A stretch of 64,000 nucleotides of DNA from Candidatus Kapaibacteriota bacterium (lineage in GTDB: Bacteria; Bacteroidota; Ignavibacteria; Kapaibacteriales; Kapaibacteriaceae): assembly GCA_046595995.1 (NCBI GenBank), contig JBKJNB010000160.1, forward strand, positions 2,032 to 66,031, given 5' to 3'. The notes under the pieces are model-generated. The model searched no databases, had not been told where the DNA came from, and saw nothing but the letters and a program-made list of their open reading frames with translations. Positions 1 to 10,024 of the stretch are shown here, one piece after another (positions within the stretch are counted from its first letter, which is position 1; each line of letters opens with the position of its first letter). The position numbers and the translations under genes were made by a program.

Positions 1-1650
1 AAACGACGAGATGTTCAACGGAGCTTCGGCACCAACGTCTGGGACGATGATCAACTGGTTGTACACCGTTGCACCGGTACTCACCTGTGTAATCTTCATA
101 CGAACAGGGATGTCGGACAAATCCTGAATACCACCGTTAATAATCCGGCCACGAGGTCTAAACGGACGGAATGCATAGTACTCGCCTGTCGCTGTCGGAT
201 TCTCAATGGACTGAGCGCCAACTTCTTCGTTGTATAGCGTTTGGAAGACATACGCAGCAGCTCCGGCACGAGGGAGACAGTCGTTGGCCAGTTGGTTATC
301 TATGGCGCTCAAGAGCTCGACACAGAACGTAGCTGTCCAATTTCGCACTTCAAGACTCGTAAACGTCGGGAAGTCTACAGTCTGAGATTCACCTGTTTTA
401 AGCACCCCAACAAAGTTGGTGACTTCACGGTAGACCTCGGTGTTGTCTGCAGCGCGTCGGAGCACAGCGGTTACGCGTGCGTTCGTGACGTCGTTAAGAC
501 CAACGTTCTGCACACTTGCGCTAATAGGGATCGGCACACCGCGCGGGTACTTGCGAGGGACTTCGAGTGGCGAGCGAATGAGCCGCATTGCAACATCGTC
601 TGGGAACGCAATGCTGAATTCCTTCTGCCACGTTTGGGTGTACCCAGGGATAGAGTATGTCGCCACAAGCCTGTACGCACCACCAACGATGTTTGTCAGA
701 TTTAACACGCCACCCGCACCGGCTGCAATGCCCGTGGCGTCATCCATTGTGTAGGTGAAGAGTCCGTTCGTAGTGCCTGTATGAGCAATTGGTGTTATAC
801 CCGCCTTACGACCCTCATAGATCACCGTTGTGCTAGGGAGAGGGCCGATAATCTGGTACGTAAGCGAGATGTTCTGACCAACGGACTGACGGAAGGTAAG
901 CGATGGTTTTGGGAATCCTGGCGAACCATCATAAACCGAACCAGCTCTGAGAATTCTTCTGGGATCTACGTCATCGGGAAATGAGGCTTCGATGCCGGCA
1001 AGGACGCCAAAACGTAATACAGGTCGGATTGAGTAATTATTCCCTCCGACCGTTATCGCACATCCGTTGTTGATGTCGTTATAGTAATACTTCTGCGTTG
1101 CATACACAGGTGTAACATTCGTGTATTCGTAGTCTGGAAACACGAACGTGTACCCGGGACGATACCAGCATACGTCAACAACCAGATTACTTACACCATC
1201 CCACTGAAATGGCGTCTGAAACTGGAAGTTCAACCATGTGGGCGTGTTGTTCAGCACCGGAAGTTGCATGGACGCGGTTGTGTACACCTGCGTAAATCCA
1301 GCAGCATCCATGTTGCCACCGACCAAGGCAGTTGCCACGGTCGTCTTCATTTTGATGGTGAGTGAACGCGACGCAAATGGCGTTGATGTGCGAATGTTAA
1401 ACGCCATCGATTCGATAATGCCACCGGGCATAGCATAGAACTGTAGTTCAGAGGCCCTAATCAAGTACTGGCTGCGAATGGTATACCAGTAATCCTGCAA
1501 AGGATTAGGGTAAACATACTGGCCCCAAGTGCGGGTCGAACCCGAACCGCCAGCAATGGTATAGTACTGTTGCGCGACAGTAGCCGTAAAACCAAGCGCA
1601 AACAGAAGCAGGAACGTGCTTAAAAATGAGAATCGAAACGAAGGTTTCAT
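1..1650 (-). CDS. large secreted hypothetical protein; its 5' end is in the window (ATG at 1650) and it runs past the window edge
   Basis: Reverse-strand translation from the ATG at 1650 gives a Sec-type signal peptide (MKPSFRFSFLSTFLLLFALGFTATVAQQ). It is followed by an uninterrupted Ser/Thr/Gly/Tyr-rich frame (TIAGGSGSTRTWGQYVYPNP...FYAMPGGIIESMAFNIRTST...) that I could follow without stops toward position 1. The short + strand ORFs in the track for 241-1438 do not look protein-like. Confidence 0.55.
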   Translation of the reverse strand, partial: MKPSFRFSFLSTFLLLFALGFTATVAQQYYTIAGGSGSTRTWGQYVYPNPLQDYWYTIRSQYLIRASELQFYAMPGGIIESMAFNIRTSTPFASRSLTIKMKTTVATALVGGNMDAAGFTQVYTTASMQLPVLNNTPTWLNFQFQTPFQWDGVSNLVVDVCWYRPGYTFVFPDYEYTNVTPVYATQKYYYNDINNGCAITVGGNNYSIRPVLRFGVLAGIEASFPDDVDPRRILRAGSVYDGSPGFPKPSLTFRQSVGQNISLTYQIIGPLPSTTVIYEGRKAGITPIAHTGTTNGLFTYTMDDATGIAAGAGGVLNLTNIVGGAYRLVATYSIPGYTQTWQKEFSIAFPDDVAMRLIRSPLEVPRKYPRGVPIPISASVQNVGLNDVTNARVTAVLRRAADNTEVYREVTNFVGVLKTGESQTVDFPTFTSLEVRNWTATFCVELLSAIDNQLANDCLPRAGAAAYVFQTLYNEEVGAQSIENPTATGEYYAFRPFRPRGRIINGGIQDLSDIPVRMKITQVSTGATVYNQLIIVPDVGAEAPLNISSF

Positions 1651-1795
1651 CGTGGTCCTTCTTGACATGGTATGTGTGAATGTGCGTTCGTGTGTGTCCC
1701 CACACGATGTCCAACCTGTTTCCAGGACGTATGTTACCGTGCGTGACCTGTAAAATAAAAAAATGACGACAAGGTAGACAGGCATATTTTCGCGC

Positions 1796-2617
1796 ATGGA
1801 GTTATTTAACCAAGTCGTCCAGTCGGTACAGAGCATTCAGGCTCATACCACCGCCTCTGCAACTGTTGGCATCATCCTCGGTACTGGCCTAGGCGGATTG
1901 GTTTCGCAGATGGACCTGCGGACATCGATTGCCTATGAAGACATCACCCATTTCCCCGTCAGTACGGTCGAGTCCCACCATGGGACCCTCCATTTCGGAC
2001 GCATTGCAGACCGAGATGTCGTGGTGATGCAGGGACGATTCCATTATTATGAAGGGTATACCCTACAGCAAGTGACGTTTCCAGTACGTGTGATGCACGC
2101 GTTGGGTGTCCGCACCCTACTCATTTCCAACGCGTGTGGTGGCATGAACCCCCTGTACCGTCGTGGCGACCTTATGCTCATTGACGATCATATCAACCTC
2201 ATCGGGGACAATCCGCTACGCGGACCAAACGACGAGCGCTTCGGACCACGCTTTCCCGATATGAGCGAACCCTATGCTCGGCATCTTCTGTTACGCGCCG
2301 AGCAGGCCGCTCTTCGTCTGCAACAGAAAGTACATCGAGGGGTCTATGCCGCTGTTGCTGGACCAAATCTTGAGACCCGTGCCGAGTATCGATTCCTGCG
2401 AGCCATTGGCGCCGATGTCGTCGGTATGAGCACAGTTCCCGAAAACATCGTTGCAAGGCAAATGGGAATAGACGTTCTTGGAATTAGTATCGTTACCGAT
2501 GAGTGCTTCCCCGATTCCTTACAACCTGTTCATCTCGACGACGTGCTTGCGGCAGCAGCAATAGCAGAACCAATACTGACATCGATTTTCACCGACGTGA
2601 TACGTCACCTGGACTAG
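1796..2617 (+). CDS. purine nucleoside phosphorylase (PNP/MTAP family, punA-like), paralog 1
   Basis: 273 aa with the phosphate-binding glycine loop ILGTGLGG, the ...HYYEGY... region and C-terminal VGMSTVPE, all typical of trimeric PNP. Confidence 0.75.
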   Translation: MELFNQVVQSVQSIQAHTTASATVGIILGTGLGGLVSQMDLRTSIAYEDITHFPVSTVESHHGTLHFGRIADRDVVVMQGRFHYYEGYTLQQVTFPVRVMHALGVRTLLISNACGGMNPLYRRGDLMLIDDHINLIGDNPLRGPNDERFGPRFPDMSEPYARHLLLRAEQAALRLQQKVHRGVYAAVAGPNLETRAEYRFLRAIGADVVGMSTVPENIVARQMGIDVLGISIVTDECFPDSLQPVHLDDVLAAAAIAEPILTSIFTDVIRHLD

Positions 2618-2622
2618 CATAC

Positions 2623-3630
2623 ATGAATCGCATTCTTCCTCTCTTCGTTGTCTTGGTCTTCGTTGTATCGTGTACGCCCGACGAGCCGACGATATCTTCG
2701 TTTGACGATCGATGGCGCCTCTTGGCAAGTGATGGACCTGGCATTGCGCTCTATACAATGCCCGCCGGAAGTACGGAGCGGAGTGACGTATGGAGTGGTG
2801 CAAGTGGCACATCAACAAACATCACAGAATTCCGTGACCGCCTGTATATCCTACCTACGACCGACCCGTGGATCGTTGTGCTCGACCGCGTTTCGTTAGT
2901 TGCATTAGATACCATAAACATGGATACACTCGGCATTGTATCAGACATGGCCTTTGCAAACGCAACGACTGCCTATGCAGTGCATGCAGACAAAAACGTC
3001 GTGAGCGTAATAGATATCACCACCAACGAGACTGTTCGCACAATCTCTGTCGCGAACAGACCACGCAGCATTGCAGCACTAGGCAATCAGCTTGCCGTTG
3101 CATGTGCTGATGCGAACGTCATTCAAATAATCGACTCGAGGACGAATGCCGTCGAGGCCTCTATCGACGTACCTGAGGTACCGTACTATGTTCGTTCGTC
3201 AGCGACCTTTTCCGTATTTGCCGTTGTTAGTCTCGGCTACGGCAAGCTTGACGTTGCCCCGCAGACAACACCACAGATGACGTTTATTAATCCTACGACA
3301 CGTGCCGTGATAACGAGCATCGAGCTTACTGCACGTCCCTCCGAGGCATTCCAACAGTTTCCCCGTGGTCTCATCGTAACATCAACAGGCTTTGCGTACG
3401 TGCCGGTGCAGTCTGGCCTCCTACGTGTAAACACACGCAGCCGTACCAAAGCAAGCGCTGTTCTGCTCACAGACTATGCAGGCGTAGCGTACAACGCAGC
3501 AAGAGCAGAAGTACTCTTACTCCGCTCGGACAGTCCAGTCGTCGAAGCATGGGACGAACTGGTCGAAAATCAAAAAGCAAGCGTTACAATTCGTGAAAAA
3601 CCAGGCGCAATTCTTGCACTTCCACGGTAA
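2623..3630 (+). CDS. lipoprotein with probable beta-propeller (YVTN-like) repeats
   Basis: ATG at 2623 gives [17 protein letters not shown], a signal peptide ending in a lipobox-like VVSC. The body carries repeated ~40-aa segments (...[25 protein letters not shown]..., ...[26 protein letters not shown]...) resembling YVTN propeller blades. The ORF-track start at 2503 is an upstream extension in the overlap with the PNP gene. Confidence 0.5.
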   Translation: MNRILPLFVVLVFVVSCTPDEPTISSFDDRWRLLASDGPGIALYTMPAGSTERSDVWSGASGTSTNITEFRDRLYILPTTDPWIVVLDRVSLVALDTINMDTLGIVSDMAFANATTAYAVHADKNVVSVIDITTNETVRTISVANRPRSIAALGNQLAVACADANVIQIIDSRTNAVEASIDVPEVPYYVRSSATFSVFAVVSLGYGKLDVAPQTTPQMTFINPTTRAVITSIELTARPSEAFQQFPRGLIVTSTGFAYVPVQSGLLRVNTRSRTKASAVLLTDYAGVAYNAARAEVLLLRSDSPVVEAWDELVENQKASVTIREKPGAILALPR

Positions 3631-4550
3631 TGCTCGAACGTATCCGACATAGAGCCGTCGCTCTCAACCGCATCATCGTTTTCCCAGATGCCGTTGACGT
3701 CCGCACACTCACCGCTGTCGTCGAGTTGCACGTGTTGCGGATATGCAATCCTGTTCTCGTTGGTAACCCAGAAGGCATTGGCAATGCCGCTGCTGATGCA
3801 GGTATTAACATCAGCGATATCTGCATCGTTGATGCAACGGACTCAGAACAGCCAACGCCCCTATTGCATGCAGCACAGATGGTGAAAGACGGATATGCCG
3901 ACGGCGGTGTAGCCGGGAGTCTTTCGACCACGGCCGATGTACTTCGAGCCGGCATACGTTGCATTGGTCTCGCAGCAGGCATAAAAACAGTGAGCAGCTT
4001 TTTTCTGATAATTCCCACAAACGGAAGGCCGTTGTTCTTTGCCGATTGTGCTGTTGTTCCCGCTCCTACACCATCGCAACTCGCAGACATTGCCATCTCC
4101 TCTGCCGACAACTACCGTCAGATTTGCAACGATGAGCCCCTTGTTGCCTTCCTTAGTTTTTCTACTAAGGGATCTGCTGCGCATGGGTCTGTCGACGCGG
4201 TAACGCAAGCACTCAGTTTCTTGCACGAGCGACGTCCGGACATTATTGCTGATGGTGAGCTACAGGTCGACGCCGCACTCGTGCCAGCGATTGCAGCACG
4301 GAAAGCCCCTTCGTCGCCCCTTGCAGGATGTGCAAATGTTTTAGTATTCCCCGACTTGAATTCTGGCAACATCGCATACAAGATTGCCGAACGCATTGGA
4401 GGCGCTCATGCATGCGGTCCGATCGTTCAAGGCCTCGCACAGCCATTCTGCGACCTTTCGCGCGGATGTTCAGTGGAGGACATTATAAACGTCGCAGCAA
4501 TTGCGAGTGTAATGTCGGAATCTCAAGAAGCAGCGACTACTGCCCGCTAA
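3630..4550 (+). CDS. pta: phosphate acetyl/butyryltransferase (Pta/Ptb family)
   Basis: The C-terminal region [49 protein letters not shown] closely matches the conserved Pta C-terminus (NSGNI.YK...GP..QG...P.NDLSRGCS.EDI.N). Size (306 aa) matches short-form Pta. Confidence 0.8.
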   Translation: MLERIRHRAVALNRIIVFPDAVDVRTLTAVVELHVLRICNPVLVGNPEGIGNAAADAGINISDICIVDATDSEQPTPLLHAAQMVKDGYADGGVAGSLSTTADVLRAGIRCIGLAAGIKTVSSFFLIIPTNGRPLFFADCAVVPAPTPSQLADIAISSADNYRQICNDEPLVAFLSFSTKGSAAHGSVDAVTQALSFLHERRPDIIADGELQVDAALVPAIAARKAPSSPLAGCANVLVFPDLNSGNIAYKIAERIGGAHACGPIVQGLAQPFCDLSRGCSVEDIINVAAIASVMSESQEAATTAR

Positions 4551-5479
4551 TTGCGTTGCACGAGTAGCTGCGTTTTGAGTTCAGCGAAATCTGCTTCGGA
4601 GAGATTGTAACGATTGCTACAATACTGGCACACGAGTTCTGTGTGTCCTTCCTTCTCCATCCCTGCTACTTCTTCGTACCCGAGTGTAAGCAACATCCCT
4701 TTGAATCGCTCGAGCGAACAACGGCAGAAAAAGTCGACCGGTGATGTGTCGATAACATCGATGGCAGTCGGCATCACCTGACGCAAAATGTCTTCGGAAG
4801 AGTAGCCGTCGTTTACAAACTGGGTTAGCTTGCCCAAGTAGTCGATGGTGTCATACACGCGGAATATGTCTTCCGGTAAAGCGCCAGGCATAGACTGAAT
4901 GAGCAGGCCCGCGCTTTGCACAATCATGTCGTTTTCGTCGAAGTCCACATCGAGGACGAACGCCGATGGAATTTGCTCGGACTGCGTTAGATAGTAACTG
5001 AGGTCACTCGTAACGTCACCGCGACGTAACTCCACAATACCTGTTATTGGATCGTGCTTACCATACAGTACACGTTGCACCTTCAACAGCCCCTTACCTA
5101 GTGCGGAGTTCGCATCGGGATCGGGCGATGCGTTGAGATTAGCAAAACCGCGCACCTCGCCTACTTGCAACGCTTCGGCGTACACACGACGAACAAGGCC
5201 GTCACCGGACATGTCAATTGCAACGCGTTCCTCACCTTTTAGAAACGATGCCATGAGCGATGCACTGGTAAGGCCGCGCGCAAGTACGAGCGCGCGAAGG
5301 GGCTCGAGTGCGTGACGTTCCTGCGCTGTGCGCACACACTGCACATTGTGGATGCACGCGGCACGAAACATGCCGTCCTGCGTTATGCATTTCGTCACGC
5401 GGTCTCGTTCTGTCCACCGTTTCTTTACCTCGTCGCCTGATTTTTTACCGTCGTCCATAGATCGATTCCTTTCATCCAT
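4547..5479 (-). CDS. hslO: redox-regulated chaperone Hsp33
   Basis: 310 aa with the C-terminal zinc-centre cysteines [10 protein letters not shown] ... VCQYCSNRY (CxC...CxxC) typical of Hsp33. Confidence 0.8.
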   Translation of the reverse strand: MDERNRSMDDGKKSGDEVKKRWTERDRVTKCITQDGMFRAACIHNVQCVRTAQERHALEPLRALVLARGLTSASLMASFLKGEERVAIDMSGDGLVRRVYAEALQVGEVRGFANLNASPDPDANSALGKGLLKVQRVLYGKHDPITGIVELRRGDVTSDLSYYLTQSEQIPSAFVLDVDFDENDMIVQSAGLLIQSMPGALPEDIFRVYDTIDYLGKLTQFVNDGYSSEDILRQVMPTAIDVIDTSPVDFFCRCSLERFKGMLLTLGYEEVAGMEKEGHTELVCQYCSNRYNLSEADFAELKTQLLVQRN

Positions 5480-5487
5480 TGATCAAT

Positions 5488-8010
5488 TCAAACATTGATC
5501 GATTCCTTCAACGCATGTAATTCCTGCAGCGCCTGCAGTGGAGTCATGTTCGAAGTGTCGATGTTACGAAGCCGATCTCTCAGCGTGTCGTCTCGTAACT
5601 CGAACATTGACAATTGATCGGGTTTTTCACGTCCATTTTCCATATCGCGCAACACTGAGCGGGCTCGTGCAAGAACGGCTGGTGGTAGCCCAGCCATACG
5701 AGCAACATGAATTCCGAACGAGTGATCGCTGTGCCCGGGCACGACGCGGTGTGTGAAGACGATGGTCTCTGCAACTTCGCGTACTTCGACTTGATAATTG
5801 CGAATACGCTCAAGGCGATCAGCCATCGAAGCGAGCTCATGGTAGTGCGTTGCAAAGAGCGTCTTTGCTCCTACAACATTGTGTAGGTACTCGACAAGTG
5901 CCCAAGCAATCGAGATTCCATCGAAGGTTGCCGTTCCCCTGCCCACTTCATCCAGCAAAATCAAACTGCGTTTTGTTGCATTGTTTAAAATGTTTGCCGT
6001 CTCCTGCATCTCCACAAGAAACGTGCTTTCTCCGGCCATAATGTTGTCTTGCGCACCCACACGCGTAAAAATGCGATCGGTACACGGAACGTGCGCGGAA
6101 GCTGCGGGCACAAAGCTGCCCACATGAGCAAGGAACACAATCAGAGCCGTCTGCCGCAGGTAACTTGACTTCCCAGACATATTAGGTCCGGTGATGAGGT
6201 GTATCTGCTCACCATCCGGGTCCAACGTAATCGAGTTCGGTGTGTACGACGTTCCGTGCGGCAACAGCCTCTCTATGATTGGATGCCTTGCGCCAACGAT
6301 GTCGAGCTCCCCGCCATCATGGATGGTTGGTGCAACGTAGCAATTTGTGCGTGCTACATCGGCAAAGCCCGCAAGAACATCAATACGCGCAATGGTTTCT
6401 GCCGTGTGCTGAATAGCGGCACAATGGGTTGATACGAATGAGCGCAACGCAGCGAGCGTAGACGCTTCGAGTTCGGTTAATGATGACTCTGCATTGAGTA
6501 GTGTATGCTCGAGCGTTTTCAGGCGATCGGTCGTGTAGCGCTCTGCGTTTGTCAGCGTTTGTTTGCGTTGGAAGTGCGACGGGACCTTCGCTGTATTTGC
6601 GTGCGTAACCTCGATGTAATACCCGAAGACACCTGTTACACCGATTTTCAATGTTAAGATACCCGAGTCTCGACGTTCATCGTCTTGATATGCAGCAATC
6701 CACGACTTCCCATCGGTTAATGCGGACGTGAGTGTATCGATATCGGCACTGAACCCCGGACGAAATATCTGACCTCTTCCGACCGCAACTGCCGGATCAT
6801 CACGTAGTGCATTGTGCAGATGCGCGCGCACGTCTGTGTGTGTATCCATCGATGTACACAAGGACTGAAGATTTGGTAAGGGGCTGCTGACGCAAAGTCG
6901 CTGAATAGCAGGTAGTCTGTCGAGACCGTTGCGTAGCGCAACGAGGTCGCGAGCATTGGCCTTACCAGAAACGATCCGAACGATAAGCCGCTCTATATCA
7001 CCGACACAGGCCAACTCCTCGCGCAGAGCATCCAGAATCTGTGAACATTCCGTAAATGCTTTTACTATATCAAGTCGTTCTTGAATCGCACTGCGTAGCA
7101 ACAACGGCGCCTGCATCCACCACCGCACGAGGCGTGCGCCCATGGGCGTCTGGGTGTGGTCCATGATGTCGATTAGCGCTGGCTGAATGTCAAGTGCTTT
7201 CCGCGTCGACGCGTCAAGTAGCATGATGTCGTCGGTGTGCAAGACACGCAATCCAGTGATGTGAGCGAGCGACGAGCGCTGCGTCTCGCCCACATAGTGC
7301 ATTACAACTCCCGCAGCCCGGAGTCCATGCGTAAGCGAATCAGCTCCAAATCCTTTCAGGGTCTGCACATTGAAGTGTCGTAACAACAAAGGCTCTGCAA
7401 AGCCCCCTTCAAAAAGCCATGGCTCCAGACGGGTAATCGTGTACGGAAAGGAGACAGAGCGCAGAAGTTGTTCTGCCCACTCGCGTTCGGACTTGCTGAC
7501 GATGATCTCGGCGGGACGAAACGATTCGAGCAATGATGCCATGCGATTCGCAAACACCTCGCCTGCGAGGAACGAACCTGTTGAAACATCACACAGCGAC
7601 AGGCCACCGGCCTCTGTCATACACGCGACATACGTGTGCGACGATGTGTCGAGCAACTTGTCGTACATCACCACACCGGGCGTTACCACTTCAACAACGT
7701 CGCGCTTTACAATGCCCTTCGCCTGCTTCGGGTCTTCAAGTTGTTCGCAGACGGCTACACGGTGCCCCCCTCGAACGAGTTTAGGCAAGTACACATCGAG
7801 CTGGTGATGCGGGAAGCCCGCAAGTGGAATCGCGCTGCCGCCTCCGTTATTCCGCTTGGTAAGCGTAATTCCACATGCCTGTGCGGTCCGCACTGCATCG
7901 TCGCCGAAGGTCTCATAAAAGTCCCCAAGCCTGAACAGCAGGATCGTATCAGGGTACCGCTCCTTAATCCCGCGGTATTGCCGCATTAGCGGCGTTTCCT
8001 TCTCACTCAT
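5488..8010 (-). CDS. mutS: DNA mismatch repair protein MutS
   Basis: 840 aa. N-terminal mismatch-binding region (TPLMRQY...RLGDFYE), Walker A GPNMSGKSSYLRQ and the ...STFLVEM... / DEVGRGT motifs of the MutS ATPase. Confidence 0.92.
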   Translation of the reverse strand: MSEKETPLMRQYRGIKERYPDTILLFRLGDFYETFGDDAVRTAQACGITLTKRNNGGGSAIPLAGFPHHQLDVYLPKLVRGGHRVAVCEQLEDPKQAKGIVKRDVVEVVTPGVVMYDKLLDTSSHTYVACMTEAGGLSLCDVSTGSFLAGEVFANRMASLLESFRPAEIIVSKSEREWAEQLLRSVSFPYTITRLEPWLFEGGFAEPLLLRHFNVQTLKGFGADSLTHGLRAAGVVMHYVGETQRSSLAHITGLRVLHTDDIMLLDASTRKALDIQPALIDIMDHTQTPMGARLVRWWMQAPLLLRSAIQERLDIVKAFTECSQILDALREELACVGDIERLIVRIVSGKANARDLVALRNGLDRLPAIQRLCVSSPLPNLQSLCTSMDTHTDVRAHLHNALRDDPAVAVGRGQIFRPGFSADIDTLTSALTDGKSWIAAYQDDERRDSGILTLKIGVTGVFGYYIEVTHANTAKVPSHFQRKQTLTNAERYTTDRLKTLEHTLLNAESSLTELEASTLAALRSFVSTHCAAIQHTAETIARIDVLAGFADVARTNCYVAPTIHDGGELDIVGARHPIIERLLPHGTSYTPNSITLDPDGEQIHLITGPNMSGKSSYLRQTALIVFLAHVGSFVPAASAHVPCTDRIFTRVGAQDNIMAGESTFLVEMQETANILNNATKRSLILLDEVGRGTATFDGISIAWALVEYLHNVVGAKTLFATHYHELASMADRLERIRNYQVEVREVAETIVFTHRVVPGHSDHSFGIHVARMAGLPPAVLARARSVLRDMENGREKPDQLSMFELRDDTLRDRLRNIDTSNMTPLQALQELHALKESINV

Positions 8011-8048
8011 GATTCTTGCCGCATTAGCGACGTTTCCTTCTCACTCAT
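7978..8048. repeat. 38-bp tandem duplication (two 33-bp near-identical copies, 1 mismatch) spanning the mutS start codon
   Basis: TTGCCGCATTAGCGGCGTTTCCTTCTCACTCAT at 7978-8010 and TTGCCGCATTAGCGACGTTTCCTTCTCACTCAT at 8016-8048. Read on the minus strand, the second copy encodes MSEKETSLMRQES* whose TGA stop (8009-8007) overlaps the mutS ATG (8010-8008). Confidence 0.85.
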
Positions 8049-8077
8049 TGGTCGAAAATACTATCTTTGTGCGCTCT

Positions 8078-8167
<90 letters not shown>

Positions 8168-8226
8168 CACTAGACAACGTTCGAAAGCAAGTCTTCGAGC
8201 ACGTGGCGCAACGAAATGCGGACTCA

Positions 8227-9072
8227 GTGGTGATATACAATCTCACAGTTGCAGTTTTTGCGCTGTTTTTGCTCAGTCCGAGTTTTGCGTTAGCCCACCA
8301 GCCTCGCATTACCAATAGTCGGGTGACGACGGTACTCAATCCAGAAGTTTCAAAAGCATATTATGGCACGCTCACGGGCGAGCCAGATGTGTATGTTATA
8401 CATGCCACTTCAGCATTCCATTTGTTTGTCGAAGTCTTGGTGCCGGATATCCCGGGGCAGAGTAAAGATGTCTCAGCAGTAGTACTGAAAGACGGCGAAC
8501 AAGTCGCCGTGCTCGATGGCGCGACATCTACATGGAAACAATTCTTTGAAAAATTCGGCCACGATACCTACTGGCAAGGACCGAAGTACAAAGCACACGA
8601 AGAAGCGGGCTTCTACCAAATTCGCGTATTCAGTAGCAATAACGACAGCAAGTACTCGCTCGCTATCGGTGAGACAGAAGCCTTTGATGGCAAAGAAGGC
8701 CTGAATGCCCTCATGCTTATTCCACAAATCAAAAAGAATTTTTTTAATAAATCGCCGATCGACTTTATCCTCTCGCCCCTCGGCTGGGGGCTTATCGTCA
8801 TCATGTATCTGCTCTCCGGCATTGTCGGGCTCAGCTACCGAGCTCTTTTGAAACGGTTTGCCAAACGTTCTCCGCGCGGTGCACACAAAAACATCGGCAA
8901 ACCCGATCGTTGGCTTCGCTTTGCCTTAGGTGCAGCATTGCTTTTGTTGGCTATCACCACCACTTGGAGCCCTATTCTAATTTTCTTCTCTGGCTTCGCT
9001 TTGTTTGAAGCAATATTTAGCTGGTGCGGGTTTTATGCAGCGATGGGTAAAAACACCTGCGTCACGAGTTGA
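8227..9072 (+). CDS. hypothetical exported/membrane protein with a C-terminal DUF2892-like (YgaP-type) transmembrane segment
   Basis: An in-frame GTG at 8227/8230 is followed by signal peptide VIYNLTVAVFALFLLSPSFALAHQ. The C-terminus has two hydrophobic helices and a ...SWCGFYAAMG motif resembling the GWCPLY motif of DUF2892. The track start at 8092 would overlap the tRNA and is rejected. Confidence 0.4.
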   Translation: MVIYNLTVAVFALFLLSPSFALAHQPRITNSRVTTVLNPEVSKAYYGTLTGEPDVYVIHATSAFHLFVEVLVPDIPGQSKDVSAVVLKDGEQVAVLDGATSTWKQFFEKFGHDTYWQGPKYKAHEEAGFYQIRVFSSNNDSKYSLAIGETEAFDGKEGLNALMLIPQIKKNFFNKSPIDFILSPLGWGLIVIMYLLSGIVGLSYRALLKRFAKRSPRGAHKNIGKPDRWLRFALGAALLLLAITTTWSPILIFFSGFALFEAIFSWCGFYAAMGKNTCVTS

Positions 9073-9086
9073 GAAAATTATAGCCA

Positions 9087-9491
9087 ATGAGCACATACAA
9101 CTGGTACTCACAACTACTGAAACCAATCTGGGCACCACCTGCGTGGCTCTTTGGACCGGTGTGGACCGTACTCTATGTAATTATCGCCGTTTCCTTCGGT
9201 ACGGTGATTTATAAAGCGTTCACGAAGCAAATACCGTGGAGTTTGGCTCTGCCATTTGCGCTTAACATACTTTTTAACGCTGCCTTTACGCCAATACAGT
9301 TTGGGCTGAAAAACAACTTTCTTGCTGCGGTCGATATTGTGCTCGTGGTCGGTACACTAATCTGGGGCCTCTACACAATCTGGCATGCCGTTCCAGAGCT
9401 CCGCTGGGTGGTCTATGTCAATCTCCCCTATCTTCTCTGGGGAACTTTCGCAACGGTTTTGCAATTGACAATAACCTATTTGAATTGGTAA
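9087..9491 (+). CDS. tspO: TspO/MBR family (tryptophan-rich sensory protein), apparently lacking the first TM helix
   Basis: LKPIWAPPAWLFGPVWTVLY matches the TspO signature (KPxWxPPxWvFxxvWtxLY). Further matches are AFTPIQFGLKN and LPYLLWGTFATVLQ. The protein is only 134 aa, and a TAG stop sits immediately upstream in frame. Confidence 0.65.
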   Translation: MSTYNWYSQLLKPIWAPPAWLFGPVWTVLYVIIAVSFGTVIYKAFTKQIPWSLALPFALNILFNAAFTPIQFGLKNNFLAAVDIVLVVGTLIWGLYTIWHAVPELRWVVYVNLPYLLWGTFATVLQLTITYLNW

Positions 9492-9521
9492 TAGTAGTAC
9501 CACCTAACCGGAACCGCAGCC

Positions 9522-9959
9522 ATGGACAAACTCCAACACAAAATCAAAATCAATGCTCCCGTAGAACGCGTATACAAGACAATGCTCGAAGATGCGGGGT
9601 ATCGCGAATGGACGGCTCCGTTTATCGAAGGCTCGCACTACATCGGTGACTGGTCAGAAGGTAGCGACATCAAATTCCTCGGTCCAGACGGCACTGGCAT
9701 GATCTCTCGTATCGAAGAAAACCGTCCGAACGAATTTGTCTCCATCCTCCACCGCGGCTTCATTAAAAACGGCGAGACTGACACCGAAAGTGATGCCGTA
9801 AAGGAATTTGCGGGTGCGCACGAAAACTATACGTTCAATGAAATCGACGGTGGCACAGAAGTCGTCGTCGACCTAGACACCAACGACGACATGAAAGAGA
9901 TGTCAGAAGTCATCTATCCGAAGGCACTCTCGGTTCTAAAAGAAATCTGCGAACGCTAA
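9522..9959 (+). CDS. SRPBCC-superfamily small protein (AHSA1 / polyketide-cyclase-like)
   Basis: 145 aa soluble protein whose start MDKLQHKIKINAPVERVYKTMLED...W resembles START/Bet-v1-like AHSA1 family openings. Call is tentative. Confidence 0.45.
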   Translation: MDKLQHKIKINAPVERVYKTMLEDAGYREWTAPFIEGSHYIGDWSEGSDIKFLGPDGTGMISRIEENRPNEFVSILHRGFIKNGETDTESDAVKEFAGAHENYTFNEIDGGTEVVVDLDTNDDMKEMSEVIYPKALSVLKEICER

Positions 9960-9990
9960 ACGAACACTGCTCCTCGATCTAGTATCTTTG

Positions 9991-10024
9991 CAAGCCCTGC
10001 GCAGCCGCGTGGGGCTTGTTTTTT
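9991..10024 (+). terminator. rho-independent terminator-like hairpin plus T-tract
   Basis: CAAGCCC (9991-9997) pairs with GGGCTTG (10012-10018) around a 14-nt GC-rich loop and is followed by TTTTTT (10019-10024). It lies downstream of the SRPBCC gene and abuts the smpB ATG. Confidence 0.45.

Noticed and set aside
241-1438. Several 60-150-aa + strand ORFs at the window start
   Set aside because: They are low-complexity or Arg/Cys-rich shadow ORFs overlapping the long, protein-like minus-strand frame that begins with a signal peptide at 1650.
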